This document shows, one piece after another, positions 13,830-25,844 of a stretch of DNA of 64,000 nucleotides (positions are counted from its first letter, which is position 1; each line of letters begins with the position of its first letter). The position numbers were made by a program, and so were the translations under genes. The DNA is from Oopsacas minuta. Its lineage: Eukaryota; Animalia; Porifera. The notes below the pieces were generated by a model. That model saw nothing but the letters and a program-made list of their open reading frames with translations. It did not search any database and was not told where the DNA came from. The DNA lies in contig JAKMXF010000026.1 of assembly GCA_024704765.1 (NCBI GenBank), positions 1 to 64,000 on the forward strand, read 5' to 3'.

Positions 13830-14150
13830 TACAATATCGCAAGCTCTTGTCCTATATTTTGAACATACACTTTCGGGTGGTTTCATCAATAAACGTTCTT
13901 TCCTATCGAGATATAAAACCAACATCATGAAGAAATTCAGGGGATTCCTAAGACGATTAAATCAGTTGAAGCATGGCCTGGTCCTATACTACTTAAATTG
14001 GATCCCATCACCCTAATATCTGGCGTTTTATTGATGCACTTAAACGTGACAAAGGCCCGTAGAAGTTAAGCAAGCTTAAATTTCTTGCTTGAGAAAAGCC
14101 AACTAAAAGAAGGAAAAAAATTAATGAAGAATGACCTAAGAGTCTAATAC
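13830..14150 (+). pseudogene. MULE transposase C-terminal fragment
   Basis: Broken frames read LVLYFEHT...GIPKTIKSVEAW...HPNIWRFIDALKRD, typical of the YFE.TW...PRTNN.VE.WH...HPNIW region of animal MULEs. Confidence 0.55.
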
Positions 14151-14223
14151 TGGTCGCCACAGAAGGCATTAAATTTAATTTGGATGGACCTTGGATAATA
14201 CGATCTTAAAAATATTCTGTTAA

Positions 14224-14513
14224 TTCGAGGCACATAGTGACGAGTGTATTCTATTGCGTAGCGACCAATAGCGCTATAATTTTAAGCTATCCTGGAGCAC
14301 TAAGCTGTCGCAGCGATCTATCAAGCAAGCGGGATAGTGTATATATATATATTTATATATTGATTCATTGCGTTTTAATAGTATAGACTAGCCGCTTCGC
14401 ATGCTAGGTGGCTGCCCGACAACTTAATGCTCCAGGCTAGCTTAAGTATTTAACGGCTAGCTAAATTTTACAGTGTTGTTGGTCGCTACGCGACAGAATA
14501 TACGTGCCTCGAA
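14224..14513. mobile_element. Cluster of Helitron termini: + strand 3' end, short - strand 5' end, - strand 3' end
   Basis: 14224-14337 and 14388-14513 are inverted copies of the same ~120-bp 3' module (TTCGAGGCAC...CCTGGAGCA.TAAG.TGTCG...stem). 14338-14387 is a 5' terminus, TCTATACTATTAAAACGCAAT, on the minus strand. Confidence 0.75.
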
Positions 14514-15276
14514 GGGAAGCAGCCATCGTTAGAATCTCTACTGTTTGCATTTGTTAGAATGGTCCATTCATGTTGTAGTGTTGAATCATGGACTTCTAAA
14601 CTACCTGGATGGTCAACTCATGTTCAACTCGTTTAATTCTATACCAAGTTAGGCCAGTTTGGTATAATTAATATTTCGAAAACTATAAGTTCTATTGGTA
14701 TTAACATATCACTATTGAATAGGAAGTCACGTATTGGGATTTCATTGGTTATATTGGCATACTTGAATTGTTTGTAGTTTTTGAGTTTTACGGTTTTCAC
14801 ACCTTTCAATACATATGATAATACTGCTAATAATTCGGAAATACGTTAGACATGATACATTTCTACTCCGACTGAATGGAAGTTGTATATGGGGGTCTAT
14901 TGGTCCTATTGGCTAATAGAACTAATACTCCAATATACTCTCAATTAACACCATTGCTTTAGTGGATATTCTATACACACTAAAGCAATGGTGCAATGGG
15001 ATGGACTTGGACCAGGGACATGTTAATTTAGTCAGTCATCATCCAGTCGGTAACCTCCAAATTAGGGAACACTTGGGACTGCTGAAAGGGTTCCTAATAT
15101 GGAGGTGTTCCTTGATGAGAGGTTTGCCTTTTAGGGGCCTATCATAAACTTTATGAAGTGTATGTATGTTTGTTTGTAAACATATGCTTCTTGGAAGATA
15201 AGACCTGAAGCTGGGATGTTCTGGGATCAGGCAGCAACGAACCACTCCCACACTATCTCATTGAAATATTTCGTTT

Positions 15277-15916
15277 TTACATTCTTTTTACGAGTTTAGC
15301 AGCACAATGGCAGTTGTTCTCGACCAATGTCTCAAGTTCGAGCTTTCGTTTAACCACGCGGTTCACAACTCCAAGGGAAACGCCGAACTTAGCGGCAACT
15401 GCCCACTGACTACTTTTTTCACCTTCCCTCAATATCTCTAACTTCTGTGAACAGGTTAGATTCTTTCTGGATTTTGTTGAGGACATTGTGATTATTTGTT
15501 TTGAGATAGACATTCCAAAGATTCGAACAAAATGTCCTCTTCATACAGATAGTGGTATATGTATGCTTTTCAAACAATAAGAAATGGCTTCCTTTTCATG
15601 TAAAGAATTGTCATTTCAATAATCAGTCGTGTAAATAACAAAACAAACATCGATCACACTGATCCCCACAAACTGTGAACAAAATACAGCCCACTGACTG
15701 TCATGTTGATTCCCACGAATTATGATAAACACTTATGTTCTTTATTGGGAGGTCCATATGAATGACTAAGTGATACTTGGGACACGAAACACTTTCTCCT
15801 GTTCACTATAAGGAGTTGTTCCTTGATGGGGGAGGTAGGTATCAATGCTAAAGCATAGGAGAAACCAGGATTTAAAAAGTGTCCTCTAAGCGGAGGTTTC
15901 CCTTGTGGTTTTACTG
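15277..15916 (-). pseudogene. pogo/Tigger element 5' remnant with CENP-B/psq-type HTH
   Basis: TIR-like end TA|CAGTAAAACC at 15916 (minus strand). ORF MSSTKSRKNLTCSQKLEILREGEKSSQWAVAAKFGVSLGVVNRVVKRK matches the RK.LTL..KLEII...S...IA.KFGV...TV..I.K pattern. Confidence 0.7.
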
Positions 15917-16199
15917 TATGTAAATAGATGCTGAGAACTTGAAACTGATTATCATTAGACATGGGAAATGTATTATAGTTGAATAGGAAGTCATATATGT
16001 GGAGTCGATTCGTATCATTATCCTGTCTCAAATATCTATGGTCCCGAGTTTTATTGCTTTTACACCTTCCATATATGGTAATATCATTGATACCTATTTC
16101 TAGGTGAAGTTTAGGCAGATTGACTTATAGTGTACTTCCTCAAGAATGAGGTTTGACCCAGGACATTTAAAATTCTTTAATTGAAAAATATTATACAAG

Positions 16200-17335
16200 T
16201 TTTTCATATTGTGTGTGGGATCCAAGATGTGATAGATGCGACCAGCAGTGAAAGGATTAGTAATATAACATTTCTACTGATATTTACATAAGTTGTAGAA
16301 GAATTTACTATTGGCTGACTAGTTATCCACTATTATTGCGACTACATTGAACCGATTTTATAGATTTGAACCATGACTTCGTTGTAACATTTTTCAAGGT
16401 CTCTACCTTCAGGGTATCCAAAGGACTTATGGATATTACATCACGGTATTTTGATCTGATTGATCTGATCATGAAGCACAATACGTACTGTCCTACCCAC
16501 TGTATCTAGGTCAGTAAATCTCGTAATATCACCTCCACTTAGTTCAATTCGGCGCCCAAGATATATTTCATCGATCTTCAAGATCACGTGCTTATCAATT
16601 ATATATAATTTATTCGCTCTTAACTGAATATACTGCTAATTGTAGAGTCCACTTTTAGAATCAACCTTCCTCAAAATCCCTTAAGAGTGGTGATAGACGG
16701 TAAAATCCACACATTTTGGTTTCTTTGACATTGATATTCTGCTGCACTAGTTGAATAGACAATAAAGGAAGAAATGATCGAATCTGGTGAATATTGCCGA
16801 CCATGTTTTGGTTTCCTGATCATTTTTAACTGCTCAATTATTATCAATCTCATTCTAGCACTATCATTTTCATCTTCTGCATCACCCAAATATCTCTTCA
16901 GGCATGTTGAAGCTTCTGTTATTGTATCTTACACTTGTGCATCTAGTGTCAAACTATCTACAAAGGTAAGTAGATTAATTAGATGTGATACACTGCTCAA
17001 CGTGTTTGACTCCAGAATGTGATTGTACTTAGACTTTGCCATTTTTTCTAGGTAAATTAGGAAATTTGGAAGGTATTGTATGGGGTTTCAGCCTTCAGTT
17101 CCTTTTTATGTTTCTTTCTATATTCATTCATATATGATCGTTTCTTTTCAAAGTCTCCATCCATAAGTGTAAATAACATAATTTAGAATATATAGTAGGA
17201 TTCCAACCCATACTTGAAAATCGACTCACCAATTTGTTGTTTATTGTTTGAGGGTAAACTGTGAAATGTAATGCCTTTCGATTGCAAACTTGCCCCATAT
17301 CCAGACTTGCAAGCAACAGTACATTTGTTTGGCAT
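16200..17335 (-). pseudogene. THAP/P-element transposase remnant
   Basis: ATG at 17335 gives MPNKCTVACKSGY...ITFHSLP, then, after a frameshift, WNPTIYSKLCYLH (THAP C2CH). Further on: EQLKMIRKPKHGRQYS...LPSITTL and VILKIDEIYL (first catalytic D). Many disruptions. Confidence 0.75.
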
Positions 17336-17399
17336 CTCAAACCGAATAAGTTATTGCTAGAAAACGATGATCTGAATCAAGACGTAATGTCGACACTTG

Positions 17400-19150
17400 T
17401 GGGCACCTTCAATTCGAGCAAATCCAAGGTATAACCTTGGGGAACAATTACAACCAGTTATTGTCTCTCAGTCATAGGCCATGCTAGACCTATTGTGGCG
17501 GATAAAAGAAAGCCACCTTTGGAACTCAAAACCCACCTTGAGTCTCGAAATAGACATAATCCAGACCGACTCCTCGCTAACTGGTTGGGGCGCAGTATGT
17601 CAGAGCGACAGAGTTGGTCTCAAGAGGAGAAAAAGCAGCATCTCAATTTCCTAGGGCAGTTTTGGAGTGAAGCTGTAAGTGAAACCAGGAACCCACGTCT
17701 TGATTCAAACGGACATCAAAACAGAACTGACATCAACAAATATTGAGAAACCCACTCTCTGGCACTCTGCAATCTTACGATAGAGATGCTAACCGACACA
17801 ATACAGAGAAATCTTAGTTACTACGGAATGTATCCCAGGGAAAGAGAACACCATCAGACACCCTATCTCGCTTGACGGACCGGGACCAAGGCGATTGGCG
17901 AATGGCGCTTGCATCACCCAACCTTGAACAAAATCATCCTGCTCTTAAATCTAGTCCCAGCCATAGACCTGTTCGCGTTTCGGCTGATCACTCAGCTGGA
18001 CAATTTTGTAAGTTGGAGACCAGACCCAGAGGCTTGGGGAGTGAATGCCTTTGTACTGAACTGGAAACATCTTGGTGCACTCTATCTATTCATACCGATG
18101 ATCTTGATCGGACGCACACTCTCCAATATCTCTGAGGACATGATAGAAGTAGCGATAATAGTAGTGCCATTCTGGGCGAGCAGACCCTGGTGGCCTCTCC
18201 TCTTGCAATTGCTTATACATTTACCGACTCTCCTACCTCATGCGTCGTGTCTGCTCACGAACAGGAACGGAGAGAGTCACCCTCAAATAACGACCAAGCA
18301 AATAAAAATGCTAACCTGCTTGATTTCAGGGAATTACTCCCAAGCAGAGGAAATTCAGCTAGATATTCAGAAATCATCTCCAAAGCAGAGGAATTTCAGC
18401 TAGATCTTCGGAACACAACTCTCAAAACATACTGCTCTTGTTGGAAATATGGGTATGCTGGTGCACTCAGAGGGATAAATATCCCTTAGATTCAACGTTA
18501 GAACACGTAATTACCTTATAACCAAAGTATTCTACTCAAAGAATTCTGCTTCTGGGTAGCTACTATCTGCATCCGATCATCAATGGCAACTATTTTTGAA
18601 ACTTTGGAGAATGCTAATGTTATAGCAAAAGATCCTTTGATTTCACGCTTGATCAAAGGCTTAGACCAAAGAGACCACGCTACTCCCACACTTGGGATAT
18701 AAACCCCCTACGAGAATATCTCGAAACTGATCGGCCTGGACTTAAACTACTCTCAGGCAATGTCGCAACGTTAATTGTAATCTCCACAGCATCGAGGTGT
18801 TCTGAGATCGCTGCGCTTAATACCCGGTACCTTACCATTCGGGAAAATGAAATATACTGTGAAATTGGCCATTCTTAAATGAGATGACTATTTCCTGTCT
18901 TAGGACAAAATACATCATTCCTTTGGATAAATTCCCGTTTCCCATATTGTCCAATCAGAGTGGCATCATGCATATTGACTCAGAATGTAGCATCATAGCC
19001 GGTGCCGACAATTAAAGCGAATGGATGTCCATTATAATAGGCGTGGAGCGTCTATAAAACTCTGGCATAGGGGTAATGAAAAAGTATTAAGTGAAAGTGG
19101 GTGTCCGGGCACCCAGAACACCCACGATGGCGCACGCCCTGAGCATTATG
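17400..19150 (+). mobile_element. Decayed DIRS1-group tyrosine-recombinase retrotransposon
   Basis: RNaseH/MT-region motifs WSQEEKKQHLNFL and IDLFAFRLITQLDNFVSWRPDPEAWGVNAF.LNW...IVVPFWASRPWWPLLLQLL, followed by YR-like segments TTLKTYCSCWK, DPLISRLIKG and TASRCSEIAAL. Boundaries approximate. Confidence 0.8.
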
Positions 19151-19529
19151 CAAACTGCCCAATTTTTCATATTGCCTATGATATATATATATATATTGCT
19201 CGCCTGAGTTTTGTAAACTAGTATGTCAAGTAAAAGCTTACCAGGACATTCAAAATGCTAAGTTGTTAAATACGTCTTTCAATGAAGACGTATTACGTAT
19301 AATATATAATAATTGAAAATAATGTGATATATACAAGTCTAACAATGTCAAAATCTCATATTTCGAGGTTAACCTATACGTATAATACGTTAAAATAGAT
19401 CACGAACAACGTATTACACGTTTACTAGGTATTCTACTTAATACGCGTATTGTACAACTTAGTCAAAATGCGAATGACCATAATTAATTTTGTGCTCACT
19501 TCTTAGCACCAAGCTAGCAACTCTCTACT

Positions 19530-20309
19530 ATGGGTTGTTCATCTAGCAAACACTTAACAACAGAATCAAGAGATGAATCTAAGAAAGATGGATGTGCAAC
19601 TCCATTAACCATGGATATACAAAACAACCATAAAACTAAAGAGCCCAAACGTCCCAATGATCTTTTATTCATCAAAATGGCTCTGAAACGTTACTTAGGT
19701 ATCGAGTACAGTATTTACGTTGCCAATCCAAATAGAATTCTGGGGGAGGGTGGGAAAAACAAATCATATGGCGTGGGAGATGGCGATCAGATTATACTTA
19801 CTTTTCTCAATACCCCCCTTTCTGAACCCCTGCTTGTTTTCCCTGATGGTGAACTCAACAAACTTTTACTGGGCTCTAAAATGCCTGAATCAAATACACT
19901 GTTTATTTGCAGGAATACTAACACTCACACAAACCTGTACATCTTTAGAGTTATGAGTTGTACAACAGAAAGGCTAATGATGCCATACTTACCTGATACA
20001 TTTATTGACAATTGTGTGGTTCCTTTATTAATATCTGATGATATCAGTTATATAATAAAGGATCCAGATCGTTTTTCTGCAGTCAAAAAATTGGAATCTG
20101 ATGTGCTTCCTACCATATTATCTCATCCAACATGCAAAGGTCATGTAGCGAGTAGATATGAATGGTATCATGAAGGTGAGGTGGATAATTTCGTTATTTC
20201 AAAGGTTAGCAATGATGCCAAGAACTGTTTCTGGACGTTTTGTGATGACATAGTACAGTTAACTTCTAATGAAGCAGAGGCTATTCGTGGGAAAATAAAT
20301 TTTATATAA
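19530..20309 (+). CDS. Hypothetical 259-aa protein with N-terminal MGCSSSK acylation motif (intronless)
   Basis: 780-bp open frame in AT-rich DNA. Gly2/Cys3/Ser6/Lys7 fit the myristoylation plus palmitoylation consensus. AATAAA lies just after the stop. No recognisable domain. Confidence 0.75.
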   Translation: MGCSSSKHLTTESRDESKKDGCATPLTMDIQNNHKTKEPKRPNDLLFIKMALKRYLGIEYSIYVANPNRILGEGGKNKSYGVGDGDQIILTFLNTPLSEPLLVFPDGELNKLLLGSKMPESNTLFICRNTNTHTNLYIFRVMSCTTERLMMPYLPDTFIDNCVVPLLISDDISYIIKDPDRFSAVKKLESDVLPTILSHPTCKGHVASRYEWYHEGEVDNFVISKVSNDAKNCFWTFCDDIVQLTSNEAEAIRGKINFI

Positions 20310-20446
20310 ATCCAACTTCCACTTAGTAATAAATATATCATATTTCCTAGATATATTAGGATAAGAAGTAAATTTTTTATTACTTAATATTTCACATTTA
20401 TACTTACTATCAAAATATTTTTTATTTCAAACATGTATTCACTTTA

Positions 20447-20597
20447 ACCTAGAGAATAATTGAATAGAGAATCGGTATTAATTGTTTCGTCTAGTGAATT
20501 ATTTATTTTAAGGGATTATATCGTATAATCCCTTAGAATACATAATTTACTAGACGAAATAATTACAATCGATTCTCGATTCAATTATTCTTTAGGT
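20447..20597. repeat. ~150-bp near-perfect palindrome (3-nt loop)
   Basis: Arms AGAATAATTGAAT.GAGAATCG...TTTCGTCTAGT.AATTAT...AAGGGATTATA and TATAATCCCTT...ACTAGACGAAA...CGATTCTC.ATTCAATTATTCT around TCG. Confidence 0.85.
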
Positions 20598-20888
20598 ATA
20601 ATTTATACCAGCATTATTTACATTCATTATCACCAACCCTGATTATTCTTTAATTGTTTCCTTCGGGGCCTTGACCCCTTCATAATATAATACTAGATTT
20701 AGGGCCGATCTCAGGAATTTTAGGTGGGGGCTGTAACATAAATTTGCCAACTTTAAATTGAAACGTGTTGTCTATAATGGTCACCAAGAGCAAGGCATAA
20801 AAGTGGGCGTTAGAGGGAGGACACAGGATTCTTAGCGTAGCGAACGTTTTTAAGGCCTTCCCCTCTAGACAAATTTTGATTTTAAAAC

Positions 20889-20966
20889 TTTATCAGTATA
20901 TTTATCAGTATATTTATCAGTATATTTATCACTATCTATCACTATTTATCACTATTTATCACTATA
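20889..20966. repeat. Short tandem repeats (TTTATCAGTATA)x3 then (ACTATTTATC)x~4
   Basis: Directly visible 12-bp and 10-bp units. Confidence 0.85.
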
Positions 20967-21770
20967 GTATTTGTTTAGAGAACTACTATCGAATTGTACA
21001 TTTGATAATCTCTATTAGCCTCAAATACAGCCGAAACCGGTTTTCTTACTCGTTGTTTTCTTATCTTTTAGTTTTTCTTACTATTTTTTCATTCTCAGAT
21101 TGTAAAGAACGTTGGAATTACATACGTTTCTATAGGTTTATTCTTAATATCGGTATTTTCTTACCACATTTGCTTTCAAACCAATAGTAAGAAAACCGTG
21201 TCAACTGTATACCCTATTAGATCCAGCCACGGGCACCATATGAACCCTCAGGATTTGCCCTTGTACTATGAAGGATTGATCGCTATTGAGATAGTCGATA
21301 TACATTAATATCGTTTACGGGGATAATAATTCTTTAGGATGCAGCTAAGTGCACTTGATCGGTATACAGATGTGGCCGAGCTGGAGGTGATACAGTCGAA
21401 AACTACACAAGCCCGGCGGCACAGATTTTGAAGTGGTCCGGTTAAATTATCGCAGCCCTACGAAAGTGGTCTGGGTTGAAATCTCACCACAGAAACTGTA
21501 CTAGCAACACCAAAAACCAACCGGACGGTGACTCTTGCCCTGCTATATATATATACATTTCTTTGCAGAAAAGTGTATTAAGAAATATAGATAGTAAGAA
21601 TATATTGATGGAAATGGATGTAAATCCTACTTTCTTTATAATCTGAGCAGGAAAATAAAGTTAGAAAACAGGTTTCGACTGTACTCTATTTTGAAAAGAG
21701 CATTTGATGTGTAGTTTTGGTACACATCAAATGTTCTCACTTTTGCGAGATTTGAGCTATTGATTTACAG

Positions 21771-22100
21771 ATGGTACATTCAAAGTAGTACCAAATCAAT
21801 TCTTTCGACCCTACACCATTCACAGTGAAAAAGTTGGTTATATCACACCTTGTCTTTATACACTCTTGGAAAACAAGCTGGAAAACACATACAGGTAGTT
21901 ATTCAGAATATAACTGACTTAGAACAGGATCTAAATCAATCTCAAATCATGGTTGGTTTTGAAAAGCAGCACTTAATGCATTAGAAGACAACTTCCTTTC
22001 TGTTATCTCTGGTTGCTTTTTCACTTTTCGCAAATCATTTACCTCCAAATTCAGACAAAAGGATGAGTAACTGGCTATTTAGAAGATGAAAATGTTAGCA
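21771..22100 (+). pseudogene. MULE transposase DDE-domain fragment
   Basis: Broken frames read DGTFKVVPNQF..YTIH...CLYTLLENK..TY...FEKAALNALEDNF...SGCFFHF.Q.IY..IQ. Confidence 0.7.
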
Positions 22101-25100
22101 AGCAGTAGTATGTACCAGAAAATGGTGTAATCGATTTCCATTTGAAATTGAAAGTTAATTGAATTTCAATTGAAAGTATGAGTACGCTGGGATTTTTCTA
22201 TGTATATTAAATCCTAGATGCTTTCTTGGAATAATAACAGAAATTTTTGACTAACTAGACTAAATATATCGCATATCCAATTGCTACAAAACAACTTTTC
22301 ACAATTTTGAATCAAAGTAAACATATTGATTGATTTATACATTATTGTAGGATTTATTGAAGATATATTTTGAGACTTGCTCTGAATGGCTCCACTGGGT
22401 AATTAACAAAGTACATCATGACCTACTCAATATATTTGCTTACCCGAGAAGGCCAGTTTTATTTTTCTCATTTTGGAAAAACTAACACTCTGTAATTGCA
22501 AAATTGAACTTCTTAGCTTCCTAGGGTTTCCTGTTATACGGAATCCATTACATCGATGAAATGTTTAAACGGAAATCCTTCAGTTCCTTTAGGTGCAATG
22601 AAATTCATCACAATAAATCAGGACACATCATGGGGTGTGGAGGCCCTTGGGCACCAGCTCCAACCGCGGAAGATCGTTGCTGTTATATCTGCCGGTTACT
22701 AAAGAAGTTTGATATAGCAGGGACAATTTTATGAAAAGCTGCATCTCTCTTATCTTTTCATTTTTGGCTTTGCGTTTTGTCGCCCCATTAATGCAACGTT
22801 GAGTATCCATAATGTGATGAACTAATATATGAATATATGGTAATTGATATGGCAATGATTTGAGTAACTGTGTACAGTCTTACTAATACTGAAACTTATG
22901 AAGTCGGTTTACTTATTTTCTTAGTGATCATTACATTGTCCGACAAATTTTGAAAGTTTTGCTTCTTGACACTATCAATTGACTTAAGTATTTTCGATTA
23001 TGTTGAGTCCGAACCCCGAATTCCATTATATTCCAACACGTCACAGTTTTATGAGTTCAACTCACTAAATGAGAAATGGCATAAAGGTTTCTACTTAAAT
23101 AGCAAGTAGTAGTGTAAAAATACCTGTGAGAATGTTTAAAATTTCGGTTGTTGGATACATTGATTACAAGTAATAGCTCTGTATTGGATAAAACTGATAT
23201 TAATATGGCATTTTAAATTTGTGGTGTTTTGTCATTTTTTATTTGTGTTTCCAGATTTCGTTAGTAAAATGACCAATTTAGCCTAGACGTAGCTCGTTCT
23301 GGTTTATTTGCTCTAAATACTCTATAACTTAAACGTCCTCACAGGTTTTCCACGACTAGTCGATATTTTGGTAGAGTATTTCGCGAATTGTTGTAATTTG
23401 CCCATTTTTGATTTGAATGCTATAAAATTATTACATGATGGAGTATAATGGAATTCAGATTCGGACTCGGCATAGTTGATAGTCCCTAAGGCAATATATA
23501 GTGCCCAAAAGCAAGAGACTTTCAAAATTTGGAGGACAGCGTTATTTAATTTGGAAAGATGGTAAGTTAGTGACCAAGCAAGGATTTTATACGTAAACAT
23601 ATGGATTCGGTAGAGTTTCGATTCGTTGCCTACCGTACTGTACCTACACACTACTTAAGAAATTTTGAAATCCCTGGATTCTAGATTAGAATTTTGATAT
23701 GATTTCAGATTGTAAAAAAGTACTACCATTTTGGGTACTGTTCGGAATAATGAGGTAAGCAGGTTCTCATTAGAGTACGCGGTTAATCTGGTCGGAGGAA
23801 CTTTCGCAAAACTCGTCGGGTGTGAAGTTGTGGAGGCCCCACCTTTGTTTGGCCCTGCGCCCGCCCCAAATATTATCCGAGCTCCCACATCATTATTCTA
23901 AGGGACCAGAAATTTGTCAACTTTCTGCGACAATAGCAATTCAAACGTTTTTTTGCGATGAGTTTCGCACCTGGACTTTACTGATTGTTTACAGGCCAAT
24001 AGGCCCTTATCTAGAACTTGTTGCCCACCAGATTGAATTTGTGCCTCCCAGATTTCAAAGCCACACGACGTGACTGCCCAGCTGGATGGTTATGCCCAAG
24101 TAGAAATTTATAGACCCGCCACTTGGCATGCCTCATGCTAAAGTGTAACTTCGTGCCCCCTAGGTAAAAATCCTGGCCACGTCCCTGCCCTGAATATACT
24201 ACCTAATTGTAGAAATACATGTCGTCTGTCCACAAAAACCAAATTCTTATCGAAATATGCCAATTTATTTGCTTAGTAAGCAATAAGTGAAATGATTACT
24301 CTACATTGATCCATCATTGATGCCATGCGGAGCAATTAATATTCAAAATAGTGAAATACTAAAATGATCTAAAACTAATTCTACAACAAAATTTGTCTAG
24401 ATCAAATTGGAATCTCCCTATAGGAGCTGCACTAAAAATTGTTGCGATATATAAGAGCAACCTAAAGGTTGCACAGTTTTTGATTTATACTTTTTTGCTT
24501 TACACTAATTTAGCTGTACGAAGGTCGCATGGTGTCCAACAATGGGGTATATGATAGCAGGGTTATCCGAAGAGACCAGGATCAGTACTAAAACTGTTTG
24601 ATGTTCCAGTATAATTACTGTACATTTTCGATTATCCAAATAATTGATTATCGAACGCTTTTGACAGGCCCAACGAGTTCGGATATTCGAGAAACGGTGT
24701 ATTTCGATTTTGTAAGTGGACGTTTAACAAATTCATGTTAATTAACATCAAATTAGATACAAACATGAATAGTAACTAAAACTAAAAATTCTACAAAACT
24801 GTAAAAATTATCATTTAAAATTTCAAGAATGTAAACACATAATTCATATTATCAAATGTTTTGGGATATGTTTTGAAGTCCATGGCATGGATGACACATG
24901 GTTTGTTAATAACTCGAAAATATTTGAAATTATTGTCAAATCAGCATAGCCAATATAAAGTACAACATGACCATAGGAGACGGTCCGGTGGTTCAGGTTT
25001 CGAACCCACCAACATTTGAAGTACTAATTCAAATAGTAATAGTCAACCTGACCAAATTTGATGGTTGAATATATTTTGTATAGGTCAACTTGATCAATGT

Positions 25101-25679
25101 AAATCTACTTGCTACGACCCTGATACATACCCGACTTCCCATACCCTTGTAATACATTTGGATATGATAACTCTCAGGATTATTGCGTAATCATAAAAAT
25201 GACCTGAAACGGGCTTATTCATGATTACGTCAGATTGGTAAAAAATGTGGTTGAAAGTTGTATATTAGAAGTTTGCGACACCAGGCGTTGAAGTGACGAA
25301 TGAACGATTGGGATTTTTACACTAATCACGTATATCTGCATAAAATTGGACAAAATGAATTTTTGGCGTTACCTGGATAAACACCCTCAATTGTGTCGAT
25401 TAAGTGGGAAATTGTGGCCCACAATGGTTGTTAAAGCTGGCACTATATCCAAAAATGGTTTATTTATGATAAGGAACAACCTCAGAATGTGTAAAATTCT
25501 ACTTAAGATGAAAGTCCTATCGTTTGGGCTACTAATAATGTTAACTCTAATATATCAAATTATGCAATGTCATTGTGCCATCATAAGGTGTGATCGGAAT
25601 TAATTATTAAATTTGGCAAAACCCAACCAATTTTAAGGTGCTCAACAAATTTCAGGTGAATTGATTGGAAATTGACTGA

Positions 25680-25844
25680 TCGTCAGGGCTTTCTTCTCAG
25701 CTCATTGCCAGCCCTGTAGCTCCAAAGCGGAGTTATATATGATTAAGCTTGTCAAAAGTGAAATATTTTATTCTTAAAATGGTCATAACTCCGAAGGTTT
25801 TGGAGCTACAGGGCTGGTAATGGGCTGAGAAGAAGGCCTGACGA
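25680..25844. repeat. Inverted repeat, ~57-bp arms, probable MITE core
   Basis: 25680-25736 (TCGTCAGGGCTTTCTTCTCAGCTCATTGCCAGCCCTGTAGCTCCAAA..GGAGTTAT) is complementary to 25785-25844. Confidence 0.8.
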
